Below are positions 35,373-48,436 of a stretch of DNA of 64,000 nt, piece by piece. The notes below the pieces were generated by a model, which saw only the letters and a program-made list of their open reading frames with translations, was not told where the DNA came from and searched no databases. The position numbers were made by a program, and so were the translations under genes. Origin of the DNA: Podarcis gaigeae (Eukaryota); NCBI GenBank assembly GCA_964106915.2, contig OZ066919.1; one strand, given 5' to 3'. Each line of letters starts with the position of its first letter. Position 1 is the stretch's first letter.

Positions 35373-36149
35373 CTGGTGAAGACACAAGAATTGGCACGGA
35401 GAAGGAGGAACAATGATCAGATTTTCAAGCAGTTATTAGAACCCTCTGAAGCTCCCTAGAAATATGTGCTCATAAATCCCACTGAGCTTCTAGAAGGGGG
35501 AAATAAAAGCCCCCTCTCCCTTCTTAGTTCTGAGCTAATTCCCAGAGCCTCAAACCACATCATTCAAAGCCCTGCATTCACACACACTTAAGCTCCTCAA
35601 AGAGATATTCCCTGATGCAGTGAATTAATAGTAATCGGGGGGGATTTAGAGTCACATTTTGGGAATCTTCTTCCCACACAGGCAAAACACTTAATTATGA
35701 ATTAATATTTTAAAAATTCTTTCACTCTTCAAATGCACTATGGATGCTATAAACTGGCCATAATCCAATGCAGAGTTAAGTGCCCTCAAGCTGATTGATT
35801 TTCGGAGGCCTTAAGCATGCTTAACTCTGTGTTGAAATGTAGCTGCCAGCCACTGAGTTTCTTTTACTGCCTGCTCCCAGGCGATTCTGTGGCCAAGGGA
35901 GGGTCAGATGGCCTCATTCAGAAGCTGAGACCTCTTGCCCAATCTGCCTAGACATCTCGTCCATCAGCAGGGCAGCTGTGGGATTCCTCAGGCAAGCGGC
36001 AGAGGAGGGAAGCAGCAATTTCTCACGTGCAAACATGCATCTTTCTACAGTCTTGCGCAAAAAAAAAGCTGGACAGAGAATATAAGCAACCACCCACCCA
36101 CACCAGTGGACCTTATCAATATAGATGCTTCCTTAATGGATTACCTGGG

Positions 36150-36555
36150 CAAGAACCATCAGAATGTAAGACGAGTCTGCTGGATCGGGCCAGTGGCCAA
36201 TGGCTCACCTTCTCCAGCATCCTGTTCTCACAGTGGCCAACCAGACACACAAGGGAAGCCTGCAAGCCAGAACATGAGCAGCCTGCCCACCTGTGGGTCC
36301 CAGGAACTGGTATTCAGAGTCATGGTGCCTCTGACAGTAGAGGCAGAAAATAGCAACCATGGTTAGATAGCCTTGCCCTCTACGAATTTGTCCAGTCCTC
36401 TAACAAAGCCATCCAAGCTGGGGGCCATTACTGCCTCCTGTTGGAGCAAATTCCATAGTTTAACAATGCACTGTGTGAAGTGCAGTGCATGGTCCTTCAT
36501 CTTCCAATATTCAGCTTCGTTGAGTGCCTGCAGTTTCTAGTGTTATGAGAGAGGA
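36150..36555 (-). mobile_element. CR1-type LINE 3' fragment
   Basis: ctgctggatc...ccagcatcctgttctcacagtggccaaccag...aagccatccaag...ttccatagtttaac; shorter relatives at about 4750, 47130 and 56030. Confidence 0.6.
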
Positions 36556-37247
36556 TCTATAGGTCGGGTGCGGGGTAGAGTGAGCATTACAATGCCATCC
36601 TCTGCATGCTTATATCCCGTTGTGTCCCATGCAGCAAACTTCCCCACGTCCCTATAAAACCAAGAGATTTGGATCCAGAGCTATCTAACTTTCTACGCCT
36701 TCCTAAGGGTTAATCTGGCACTGCAGGTCTTTTGCGTCATTCGCTGCAGGTTTCTACATGCTTCCTCCTCCAGCTGGCTCTCCCTGTTCTTTATTGAGCT
36801 CACTTTGGCAACCGCTGACAGAAAACTGCAGTTTGCGTAGATTACAGGGGCAGGAAGAAGCCATAAAAGGCCAGTTTCCTCCCTTGAACTGGGATGAATT
36901 CCAACCAAACCACGCCTGTCAGAAGCCTGTCTGACCTACTTCTGATTTCTAGGGACAGATATTTAATCCCAGACTCTGTCTTCATTTCCTGACAACTCAA
37001 GGTTTTTTTGTTGGGGTTTTTTTTTTTTAATTAATAAACCCTCTTCCTTATACTTACTCATTTCAATTTATCACCATTCAATTTTGTCCTGCTGTACAGT
37101 GGCCACAAAGAACAATTTTACTATACCTCCCTTTGTATATTTTTATCGTCATTATCACCACACACAAAGGACCCATTTCTCAGACCTGCCTCTCTAGGCC
37201 CTTGCATTGATTTCAAGGCCACTGTGGGATGCTGAGCTCCAGCTCAC

Positions 37248-37476
37248 CTTGTAAGGCTGGCGCACTGGCCCTCAGCTGTGACGAATGTCTGGCTGCCTGG
37301 CGGCACTCTGTGAGAGACTGCTCCAGCTCCTTCAGCTTCTTTTCCTCCTTCAGCACAGCACTTTTGCGGCGCTTCCGAACCTGCTTGGTGAGATTCTCTT
37401 CCCGGGATAGACATCGTGCTGCTTCAGCAATTTGCAGCTGCAGAGCTAGGTCTCTCTCCAACATGCTCAGAGGATC
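37248..37476 (-). CDS. INAVA: INAVA exon (DPLSMLERDLALQLQIAEAAR...APALQ)
   Basis: cgcag|GAT ... CAAG|gtgagc; 229 nt, phase 0-1. Confidence 0.94.
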
Positions 37477-37608
37477 CTGCGGCGGAGAACAGACATGGAT
37501 TCCAAACTATGAAACTCTTTGGAAAGGATGGAGCGACCCAGCATTTCAAAAGGGGCCACACGAGGACTAAAGTGACAGAATCCAAAATCATAGCAATGGA
37601 GAAGCCCA

Positions 37609-37920
37609 GGGAAGGGCTGTACAGCTCAGTGGAAGAACTTGCAAGAGATCCTAGGTTCAATTTCCAGCATCTTCAGCTAGGGCTGGGAAAGTCTGCTGCC
37701 TGCCAGTTTGTAATAGACCAGGATTTCCCAAACTTGGGTCTCCAGCTGTTTTTGTACTACAACTCCCATCATCCCTAGCTAGCAGGACCAGTGGTCAGGG
37801 ATAATGGGAACTGTAGTCCAAAAACAGCTAGAGACCCAATTTTGAGAAACACGGGTGTAGACAATACTGAACTAAATGGACCAATGGTCCGATTGGGCAT
37901 TAGGCAGCTTCTTGTATTTC
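37609..37920 (+). mobile_element. Squam3-like SINE interrupted by a palindromic hAT MITE (37719-37854)
   Basis: SINE head gggaagggctgtacagctcagtgg; SINE tail aatactgaactaaatggaccaatggtc resumes after the MITE; TSD-like taatagac/gtgtagac. Confidence 0.72.
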
Positions 37921-39710
37921 TAGGGCACTCTTGACAGCTGGATGCTTCCAAGACATTACTACCATCACCCCATCCTCTGCTTCAGCTCATAAATCATAGG
38001 CTCCTTCCTTACGTCCTTTGGTAGATCAAATCAGATATTGACTTTCACGCATCTCCCAGTTACATTCCATGTGCATTCTAGAGTGGTCGGATGAAAAGAT
38101 AGCAGGGTTCTTGCACTTTTAATAGCTGCATAGAAGTGGGAACCTCAGTAAATGTAGCTTGCATGACACCAGCTGCAATTCAACTATTAAAAGCACATGA
38201 GCCCAATTGTCTTCTTTTGCATCTGAGCACCCCAGTGCATTCAACTAGTGTAGAAAGGCATCACAGGCTGAACTAAATCTTCCTGTCTCACTCACAGCCA
38301 GGATAATTAAATAACAATAGACGGGTGATTTCCCACTCCTTCAATGCCTGCTTATGAGCAGAACGGAGATTCTAATCCAGTTTAGGGATTTGTGAATCCT
38401 GAGCCAGGGATGGTAATTATTCTGGATTTAAGAAATCCGCAGGGGTGTGTTCTTTTGTATGAGCCATAGGACTGATGTCCTGGGCCCAGTTCCCAGCTGT
38501 CTGCCCTGCCCAGGCTTCTGAAGGAGGAAAACTGTCCACAGACTAAATGGAAATGTTCTATGTTTCTGGGGCAAGAGCTTCCTAATGGCTGGGGAAAGGG
38601 AGCAAAAAGGCAGGTCAGTAGGCAACATTCGGCAAGGTGAAGGTGAAATGAAAAGCTTTCCAAAGTTAAGCTAAGTGTGCGTGTGAGAAAGAAGCTATAG
38701 TAAGCAAGAACACTTGTACAAAACACACACAATTCCACTCGGAGCCCACACCCTGTGCCACCCACTATGGGCACACAGCAAAAAAATAATAAGCAGCACC
38801 ACACCTAGGCCGCCTCCTACTAAGATTATTATTAAAACAGACGACAGGGGAGAGAAAGAGAGAGTGAGACTGCATAGTTGAAGAGTCAACAGATCCCACA
38901 CCTTTGATGGAAATGAGGCCTAACTCCCTCTGTGTGTTTGGAGCCTGAAGCGTCTCTGTCCCTTTGGGAGTTTCTAACAGGATGCTGAACCCGAACAACC
39001 TCATCATTCCCCAAAGTCCTCTTTTAGCTGACAGCTGCTTCCTGGCACTGTATCGTCTTCAGTGGGAATTCACAGCATAATCCTAATGCAAGTCATCCCT
39101 TCTCAACAAAGAAACGTGTTTGGTTTTTTTCCTGGATTAGTTTAACTTGGTTTCAAAAATGGTGAAAACAAACAAACAAAAAATTCCCCACTTCTATAAA
39201 GGCTGCCTGCCTGTTAAGAACTGAGGGTTTATGTAGACAATTGGTGAAAGGGATTACAGATGGAAAATTACATGGGTATGTACATGCCCTCACCAGGGGG
39301 AAACTTGCTTTTCGCCCTCTTGCACTTGACACAGAAAACTCTTTCACTGTGCAAATTGAAATTGCGTGGCTTTTTGTTATCTCTGGCTGTAAAGGCTCTC
39401 AGAAGAAACCAGTTTGATTCTCAGTGAGGTGGTTTGCTGGCGATTGCCAGTATAGAGGGCAAGTTGCTTTTGAATTACAGCTTCATCTGCCAGAAAAAAA
39501 TGGTCTAGTGACTCTAGTATCAGCAGCACAACATTTTTCTTCCCATCTCATCCTGGACACTTCTGTGCTCGCAGCAAGGGTTGCCATGACAGCTGATAGT
39601 GACTCCCACCACAAGCAGATTTCCAAGCAGCGCCCTGGATAATTGGAAATGTTGTTTCTGCCCATATTCCCTAAACTCAGGAGGAGAAGCACCTTAGCAA
39701 GATTCCTTAC

Positions 39711-39833
39711 CACTCCTCTGGAGAGAAAGGCCTTCTCATCCAATCTGAAAGCAGCACCAATTCGACGTCGGACCTTTGGGGCCACTTCTCCTGGTTTCAG
39801 AGGATACTCTGAAGGAAGCAATCCTGTCAGTTC
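39711..39833 (-). CDS. INAVA: INAVA exon, CUPID/DUF3338 ([41 protein letters not shown])
   Basis: gacag|GAA ... GTG|gtaagg; 123 nt. Confidence 0.95.
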
Positions 39834-40727
39834 CTGTCAAGAAAACAGCAAAGGGAAGGTTCAGTTCCTAGAACTGTGTACTTTCAGTCACACCCTGGGT
39901 CTTCAGAGCAGCTTACAAAATACCTGTCTATCAATCTCTCTCTCTAAATAGGATCTCATGCCATTATTTTGTTAGCTTGGCAGCTTCTTCTATTTCCTCA
40001 GTGTCCCATGACATCAAGTTAACCTCAGGCACAGACGACAGCCATAGATAGATGCCACACAAAATAACCAGGCCTGAGTTCATCCCAAACCAAAGCTGCT
40101 TTTTTTTAAGTGCAGCCAGACCCAAAATGGACAGTTACTGGGTGGGGGGAGGTGGGCAGTTCAAAAATTCAAATTATGCAAAAGTTGTATTATGTTAGGT
40201 GATGAAAAAGTGACTGATAAAAATGTGAAAAGTAATTTAAGTAGTCCAGACTCCCGCAGACCAGGTCCTGTTCAACCATACCCATTTCTCTTCCCTTTGC
40301 CAAAGACATGCCCCACACTCCACTGTTAGTTGGGAGTTCAAGATTCCTCTTGTGTGAAGTTTGACTATAACACTCTTCTGCATTAGTGCTACCAGATTCC
40401 CAGTTCTGGGGATTTTCTTCCACTCTTTGTAGGCTTCCAAATGTCATGAAATGTGTCTCTAAGTAAGAAAGTATGTATATATGCACACACCACACACACA
40501 CACACACACGCACGATGCACAGGTGTGTTGTAGCAGTGTGTGCTTTGTGCTCCAATTACAATGGCAAACCACTGGGCAGCTCTAAATTTCCCTTTAAAAA
40601 ACATTTTCCCTAAACTTATTTACAAATCCAATTATTTCCAGTGCCCCCCTGAAAACTAATGGCAAGGCACATGAAGAGGTAGTGTTAGATAGGAAATAGA
40701 CTGGGGAAGTAATAGAAAGTTCCGGAA

Positions 40728-41088
40728 GTAAAGGTAAAGGTACCCCTGCCCATACGGGCCAGTCTTGACAGACTCTGGGGTTGTGCGCCCATCTCACTCA
40801 AGAGGCCAGGGGCCAGCGCTGTCCGGAGACACTTCCGGGTCACGTGGCCAGCGTGACATCGCTGCTCTGGCGAGCCAGAGCCGCACACGGAAACGCCGTT
40901 TACCTTCCCGCTGGTAAGCGGTCCCTATTTATCTACTTGCACCTGGGGGTGCTTTCGAACTGCTAGGTTGGCAGGCGCTGGGACCGAGCAGCGGGAGCGC
41001 ACCCCGCCGCAGGGATTCGAACCGCCGACCTTTCGATCGGCAAGTCCTAGGCGCTGAGGCTTTAACCCACAGCGCCACCTGCGTCCCG
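40728..41088 (-). mobile_element. Sauria (Squam1) SINE, full length, 46-bp perfect TSD
   Basis: Highly similar to 33643-34012; identical 46-mers at 40682-40727 and 41089-41134. Confidence 0.92.
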
Positions 41089-41781
41089 GTGTTAGATAGG
41101 AAATAGACTGGGGAAGTAATAGAAAGTTCCGGAAAATATTCCCTAAAACATTCAAGAGAGCAAGGTACAGTTCTAGTGTCCTGCAAAACCAACCAACCAA
41201 CCAAAAACCCATTTGTTTTGTACTCTTTTAACTGAGGGTAATAGCAATAGGCTAGAAAGGGTAGTTTATTGTTTTAATTATTTTCTCCTTGGCGCATTAA
41301 AATACCACAACTAATAGTGGTTGGTTTGATGGGTTGGTTCTGATCCAGGGGGCCCAGAACATTTTCTCTGGGAGAAACTTCCACGTTCAATGGTATCTCA
41401 GGTCAGGAGGGAAAAGTTACCTCATCAGATTCACTTGCAGCATATGGCTAGGCTCGCTTAATTAAGCTTGTTAATTATGGGTTGCTTTAGAAGTTAATGT
41501 CTTGAATAATGCAGGAGCAACTCTCCAATGGGGAAAGTGTTCTTGATACAGTCTTTGCCCTTTCTTTGCCCCCAGATATTTTCTCCTAGTACTACCTTTG
41601 GGTTACATTGCCCCTCCCTCGTATCTGAATGTCTTTGATCTCTGAGGAAAGCCTCTCCAGTTCCTGTGAGCATCCGAGTCCAAAGAACTACAGCCTTAAA
41701 GATGGGCCCTCTTTACTTTAGCAGGACACTCATGCAGCCCAAAGGGTGTGTGGCAACCTTGCAGACTTCCTGGCCCCTTAC

Positions 41782-41906
41782 CGCTTCGCGCAAACACAGC
41801 CTTCGCAGCTCCTGCACACAGGCCTCTAGTCGCTCCTCCAGCGCCTTCTGCTGTTTCCTCATAGCTTGCGTCAGATCCTTCATTGGAGACATGGGGCTGT
41901 CTAGTC
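41782..41906 (-). CDS. INAVA: INAVA exon (LDSPMSPMKDLTQAMRKQQ...LRRLCLREA)
   Basis: tccag|GA ... GCG|gtaagg; 125 nt, phase 1-0. Confidence 0.94.
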
Positions 41907-42209
41907 CTGGAAGGGTTGAGACAGACACAGACTGATGACCTGTCAGGTGCTACGGGCGGGAGGGGAAGCAGCAATATTTAATGACCCATACAGAGATGCC
42001 CTTGGGCAACTTTCTGGAGCCAGCTGCAGGTCTTGCGAATGCATCTTAAAGACCGGTGTCATTAGCAGTTATCATAAAAATGGCATGGGACATCAAAGGA
42101 GAGGCTGTCCTGACAGCTCATCAGGTGGGGTATGGTATGTGTACAACAGCCAGGACTGATTAGCTCCTACTTCCAAGCTGCAAGCACCTCAAGGTCATCG
42201 CAGATCAGA

Positions 42210-42483
42210 TAAGGAGGAGACTCCATGGTGATATTCCTGATCATTAAGTTTATTGCAGAACTAAGCAAACAGATTTGCTGCTCTGCTCACAGACCGGAAC
42301 AAAAAGGAGTCTTTGATATTTGTAAGCCTTAAGACAGCAGTTCCAGAAGATTTTAGCTCATGCTGCTTCTTCCACAGATCAGAGGCACTCAGCCAGATTG
42401 TTGACTCCTCACAAGCTACATAAAGGTCAGATCTCAACCCACACTAGCTCATTCATACAGGACAATAGGAGACCATTCCCTCA
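42210..42483 (-). mobile_element. Possible solo LTR
   Basis: On - it begins TGAGGGAATGG, has AATAAA about 40 nt before its end, and is flanked by taag on both sides; the terminal CA is not intact. Confidence 0.3.
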
Positions 42484-43316
42484 TAAGTGTAGGGGTGGGT
42501 GCAGGGTTGTGTGAAACCATACAACACTTTCTGAGTGGTGATGGGAGAAGAAACGTCTCCAGTTTAGAACTAACTTGCTAAACTGGGAGCAGTTTCTATT
42601 CAGATGTGCCCTGAGATATCAAATAAGCACTTGGGGTTGCAAAAGGAATCAGACTAAGAAGTGGATGCTGAACTCGCTTATTATTTTGTTTGTCTGGATC
42701 TCCCGCTGCAACTCTTGCTTAGAGCTGCCATGCACTATAGATCCCAAAGTAGCACTGTTCACTGGCATGAGCCCATCCTATGAAAAAAAGATTACCATTC
42801 CTTGTCTGCACACAGAGATAGTTCAAAACCATTAAGAGATGCATTATATGCCATAGTTTCCTACATGAGAGAGAATCTTGTTGTATATACAGCATTGCAT
42901 CTTAAGTGTGGCCTGATTATTTACTTCTACCACAAGTATGTTGTTCAGCACTTTTACGCTAATTGTTCATGGAAGCTGTTTCTAAAGTTTATATATAACT
43001 AAGTAAGTACAACGATCAGGTATTACTCATGCAGAAAGTATGCCACATACCGGGCAGCCGAAGGATTTTAGTGAAATAGTCTCCTACGGAGTCTTTGGTA
43101 GGAATTACGTCCACTTTGCAACACGCCAGATGGTATTCAACTAAGTTTTACTCAGAGTAATACCAATGAAATCAATAAGCATGACTAAGTTATGTCCATT
43201 AATTTCAATGGGTCTACCCTGGGTAAGTTGAACACTACCTTCTGCCTGTATTTCAATGCTACTAATGTTTTTTGAAAAGAAATCTTTTATGATGAGGAAC
43301 CAGTTATATTGCAAGA

Positions 43317-43456
43317 TAGAATAATAGAATTGTAGAGTTGGAAAGCGACCACAAGGATCATCTAGTCCAACCCCCTGCAATGGAGGAATCTTTTATCCAA
43401 TGGGGGGCTCGAACCCACGACCCTGAGATTAAGAGTCTCATGCTCTACCAGCTGAG
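43317..43456 (-). mobile_element. tRNA-Lys(CTT)-headed SINE with CR1-like tail
   Basis: On -: ctcagctggtagagcatgagactcttaatctcagggtcgtgggttcgagcccc (tRNA-Lys-CTT body lacking the 5' acceptor strand), then gggggttggactagatgatcc...ttccaactctacaattct (CR1 3' end). Confidence 0.75.
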
Positions 43457-44060
43457 AAGCACGGTACTTTAAACTGGTTGGGGGAGGGGGGAAACTGTGG
43501 TCGTTCAGATATTGCTGGACTACAATTCTCATAATCCCTTAACACAGGCCAAGTTGGCTGCACTTAATGGGAGTCCAACAACATTTGACATGTCACATGT
43601 TCCCCACTCCTGTTTTTAAAGCACTAGGATTCCACCATGTAACACCAGTCCCCAAAATCCAAGACCACCCTTTATAGCCCTTGCTCCTGTCTCCGTGTGT
43701 CCATGCAAGATGACACTCTCTTCTGGAATCCTGGGCATCCCCAGCTGAACACTTTGGGCTAGATCATAGCCCGGCCAGGAGGAAGCCAGACTGAAATAGA
43801 ACCAACAAGGAGCCAGCCATGACTAATGAGTCAGAGGGTTCTTTTCACAGCTGTGCTTTGATCTACGTGCAGCTGTGGTGATACCTTCTAGTCTAATCTT
43901 CTAGGGTAAGTTTATAGGCTTGGGGCAGAAAGAAGACCCCACCCACCCACCCCAAACAGTGCAGTCATTCTTGCTTAAACCTGTTGACACAGGAACAAAT
44001 CCAGGAGATGATGCTGGCACTACATGATAATGAGCAGGAATTTCCCCATCCGTCACTCAC

Positions 44061-44115
44061 CTGACTGTACTATGATCCCACTATCTGTGTCACTGGTCTC
44101 ATCCTTACTCTTCAT
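44061..44115 (-). CDS. INAVA: INAVA first coding exon (MKSKDETSDTDSGIIVQS)
   Basis: gccATG at 44115; donor CAG|gtgagt; candidate acceptor catag| 9 nt upstream of the ATG (exon edge 44124); resembles the recalled human MESKDEVSDTDSGIILQS. Confidence 0.92.
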
Positions 44116-47100
44116 GGCCGAGCTCTATGGAGGGAGGCAGTAGGATCACACCTGGAAAGTGCCGTGATGTCTCCTGCTAACACAATAAGGCAAAGACTGA
44201 GGTGTGCTACACACACATTATTTATATAATTATGCCACATCTTCACTCCAGTTCACATACGACCCCTCTATAGAGCTTCCACACGGTCAGAGCCTCCATG
44301 TTGCTAAAGGACTTACCAGTTCCAAAGTTCAGGGCCGGCTCTACGCTTAGGTATAGTGGGGCAACTGCCTCAAGCAGCTGAACTTGGCCGTCATGAAAGG
44401 GTAGCAAATTATTAGCTATTTGATTTCTGACCATTGTATTTTGACTGCCAGAAAGCGGGGAGAGAAGTGCTTGTGGCTGTTCCCCTCACCCCACAATCCT
44501 TGAATACTGTACACCATGACTGTGGGAGGAGCTTTCATTGCTACATCTTAGGGAACAAAATGCCTTAGCCCAGTGCTGCAGAAATTCCTGTAATGATTTC
44601 CTTGGTTCCGACTACTACAAGGAGGAAATTCAGGTCCTGGCAGAAGGGAGCAGGCAAGTGACAATAACAAGGCTGAGAGAAGGCAAGATAAGGGCTCTCT
44701 ATCAATTACTGCAGCAGCTGTCAGAAGTGATACATGAAATAGTCACCTAGAAGCATCTGACCATGTGGAGCCACACTTTAGGGCTCCTGTGTAAACTGGG
44801 CCTTTGGCAAACCCAAACCCAGCATTCCATGCTGGTTATCTATCAATCTATTCAGCAAAGATAAAATATAAAAGTTGGTCAGGGCCACTACAGCCTGGCT
44901 GTTGTGCAATCCAATGCACTACGTGAGACCAAAATTGGCCCACATAGCAGAATAGCAGCAGATGTCTTGACATTTTGTTTGGGGCACCCAAACAAAGGCA
45001 GGGAAAGCTCCTGTTCAGAAACACCCATAAACTTCTGCGCACGAACAAGCAGAATTATCAATCTTTGTCTGTAACCCTACTGCACAGGTAATATTTATCC
45101 GATGCATACAAAGTTGGACATTCATATTATAACCCAATTCAGGGGTAGCAGCGCACAGAGCATGAACTGTAACAGACACAATAATAATTTAGAATTGATT
45201 TAACATTTTCCTAGTTTTCAAAACACTTCACTTACATTTTTTTGTTGCACATCACACAGCAACCCTATAGTAACTCAACAGTAATCTCACTGTATACAAG
45301 TTGTACAAGTGACAATAAAGTATTTCAATATAAAGTAGGTCAGTACTATTATTCTGTATGGCAGATAGGAGGGAGGCAAAGGGCTTGGCCTCAGAGAAAG
45401 AGACTTGCCTAAGGCTGCAGAGTGAATTCATGGCAGAGTGAGAAGCAAACTGGGGACATCCTGGTTTGTAGCTTGGCCTCTAGGCGCCACCAGCTCTTTA
45501 TATCTACACCGGAAAGCAGATTTTCTGGTTTGGGGAAAGTTGCAGGGAGGCAGGGGCAGATTTATTCTTTGGCCTCAGGTCCATGTCTTACCAGCACTAC
45601 ATAGTACTAAGCAAATATTCATGCTGTGTTCTGTCACAGTTAACTGCAATTTATGAGGGCTTCCAGAAGGAAACCTGATTGGCAATTCTCAGCTCCCCAT
45701 GTGCTTGACTAGTTCACCTGCTACTCTTCTCTTTCCTGCTAGGCTGGGAGGGGAAAAGTTGTGGGGAGCCTCCTCTTAATCCTGGCAGGGTGTGCTAAGC
45801 AAGCAGCTCCTCAGCTCTGGCAATGAATGAAAGGAGCTTCCCCATGCCAAGAATACTCCTCCATCCTCCAACCCAAGCTCCAGTAACAGAAGACCTGTTC
45901 AAGGTCCCATTGCAGATGTTGGGACATGTCATTCAGCAGGGATAGTCTCTCACTTTCCCTACAGCTGGGGGTGGCTCCAAGCCTACCTCCTGCAGCAAAC
46001 CCTCAGTGTTTACACGCCACTCCCCTGCCCCAACCTGGGTGAGTCAATTTGAGAGTCACACTGAGTTTCTGTCTGGAGCTTATCCTGGCCCTACCAGTCT
46101 CCTGATAAACAAAACGCAAAGGGGGCTGGGCCTGGGCAGACAAGGTTCACAGCACTGAGCAGAGATTTGCTATAGGGCGACACTGCTTCAGACCTTTGTA
46201 GATTATTCCTCGCTCCAATCAGGAGATTGTGTGGATGCGAATTTGTTCCTCTGCCTGCCATGCTACTCCCATCCATAAAACTGAGTTAAGCGGCACAGTT
46301 GCAATGGCAGAGCGTACTCCCCTCAGAACTACAAAATGCCACAACCCTGCAGTTGATCCCAATGCAGCTACGGGATGGTGGCCAGAAGCAAGAGGACAGG
46401 GCTGCTGCACTTTCAGTAATTATTTCAAGGAGGAGAGTCCATCAGAAGGTTGTCGTGGACATCCTCTACCTGCAGAAATCCCCTCTTCTACCCAAGCTGC
46501 CTAGGGAGGCATGCTGAATGTCAGGTTCCGTGAATCAGGGTTCCTGTTATGGGGTTGCTTACAACTGACAAAGGAGGCAGCAGAGGCCAGAGGTTTTGTG
46601 GGTGCCAAGGAAAGTCCTAAAGGGCACCATTGTGCCTGCAAGCACCTCACCGGGGATCTCTGTTACAGTGAAAATGCCTGCATAAGCTTCCCATGAACAC
46701 TAATAAAGTATTGTTCATTTCAGAGCTGTCTATTCACAGCACTCGCAATTCAACAAGGTTGGGTTTTCACTTTGGCTTTTATAGCAAAACCTATTATATT
46801 TCAAAGATCCACAGTAAGATTGGTGCCAAGATGGTCAAGCTTTTCAGTCTAGCTTTTTTAAAAGGGGGGGGGGGGAGAGGAACAATGCTACGTGTAAAAT
46901 GAAATATTGTCTAAAGTGTGCATGCTAACATGGGGTTTGTCACGGCTCACATGTGCTAAATCTCCACATCTGATCAATACGGATAAAAAAATGGGCAGAC
47001 ATGGGAAATTGCAGGGCCAGGTCAGATGAACAGCAGACAAGGAACACACCCTTGCTGCCTCCATCTATTCTGCAGATATCACTTACTGCACTTTGCATTT

Positions 47101-47630
47101 AGTGATGAGATAAGCACATGAGCATGTATTAAGAGCTCTGCTGGATCAGACCATCTAGTCCAGCATCCTTACATGGGCCAAACAGGTATCAAACCAGCAG
47201 GACTTGATCCTGCCCTATGAACATGTGCCAACACTCCTTTGCCATTACTCTGATTAAGCTTCAAAGTGTTCCTTCACCAAAGTTGTGCAGTTCATACATC
47301 CACAATTTCACACATTCAGACAGATATAACCATGAAACAAAGCAGAAGTTAGTTAACGTGGACAAGCAGAAAGGCAAGAGCCACCAAGGAAGGGGTGGCT
47401 GAAGCAGTACCATGAACTGTGCCTGTTTCCTATTTGCAACATTCACTGATGATGGAGCCCACCTATGTTCTATGATTACAGGCATGGCTGGAGAGTGACA
47501 CTCCAAAGAAACAAAAAGGACAGCCATTCCAAACTCTACTGTATTGTTAAGGGATCAAGTGCCATGAATAAAGAGAAATATCCAAGCCAAAATCCAGAGT
47601 GGGGAACTGGATCCAGCTGTTAGGTTAGTC

Positions 47631-47884
47631 CAGGGGTCAGCAAACTTTTTCAGCAGGGGGCCGGTCCACTGTCCTTCAGACCTTGTGGTGGGGTGGCGGA
47701 CTATTTTTTTGGGGTGTGTGTGAATGAACAAATTCCTATGCCCCACAAATAACCCAGAGATGCATTTTAAATAAAAGGACACATTCTACTCATGTAATGA
47801 GTAGATTTCTGGACCTTCCGTGGGCCAGATTTAGAAGGCGATTGGGCCAGATCCGGCCCCCGGGCCTTAGTTTGCCTACCCATG
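47631..47884 (-). mobile_element. Non-autonomous hAT-type MITE
   Basis: TIR CAGGGGTCAGCAAAC / GTTTGCCTACCCATG; imperfect 8-bp TSD ggttagtc/ggttagat; inverted copy of 62502-62754. Confidence 0.8.
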
Positions 47885-48416
47885 GGTTAGATCCTTATAT
47901 CCCTATGACATCACAACGACACCAGGTGACCTGTTTTAGTCTACGTGGTTTTTTATCAAACTGCACAGGGAAAGGCACAGTGTTTTGCAAGCCCCAATGA
48001 AAGGGATGATACTCCAAACTTGAAGAGCGCTGTGGGAGGCCCCAAAGATCAGCATATAATCCAGAATGCAATTCTACTTGAACAAAGAGATGCAACCTTT
48101 GCATATTGAAACTTTTGCAGTCCACTGAAAATAAAAACATAACACAGCGTAATAAACTGACGTGTAGGAATAACATCCAACCAAGCTATAAAGCCACAAC
48201 CCCTGAATCCAAATCTGCTCTGTAGGGTGAACTGGCTGCAATTTTTCAGTCAACAAAGTTTTCAAGTCAAGGGGCTTCTGAAGGAAACATTCATTCAAGT
48301 CAGTTTCCATTCTCTCCTGTTCATGTATCTGAATGCAAAGACTGACATGATCGTCCGTTTACACGATAAGGCTACATAGTTCTAACTGGTCCTTCCTGCC
48401 TCCAGTCCCATCCTAA

Positions 48417-48436
48417 TGACATGTCCAAGCATGTTA
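48417..48436. promoter_or_regulatory. Candidate p53/p63/p73 response element
   Basis: TGACATGTCC AAGCATGTTA: two RRRCATGYYY half-sites, no spacer, 2 terminal mismatches. Confidence 0.45.

Noticed and set aside
43397-43456. Functional tRNA-Lys gene
   Set aside because: The 5' acceptor strand is missing, the 3' stem is altered, and it is fused to a CR1 tail
43820-44046. AP-1 (TGAGTCA at 43827) plus NF-kB (GGGAAATTCC at 44037-44046 on -) enhancer
   Set aside because: Biologically attractive for INAVA, but such short motifs occur at about chance frequency across the window (for example another kB-like site near 9372 and about nine TGASTCA sites)
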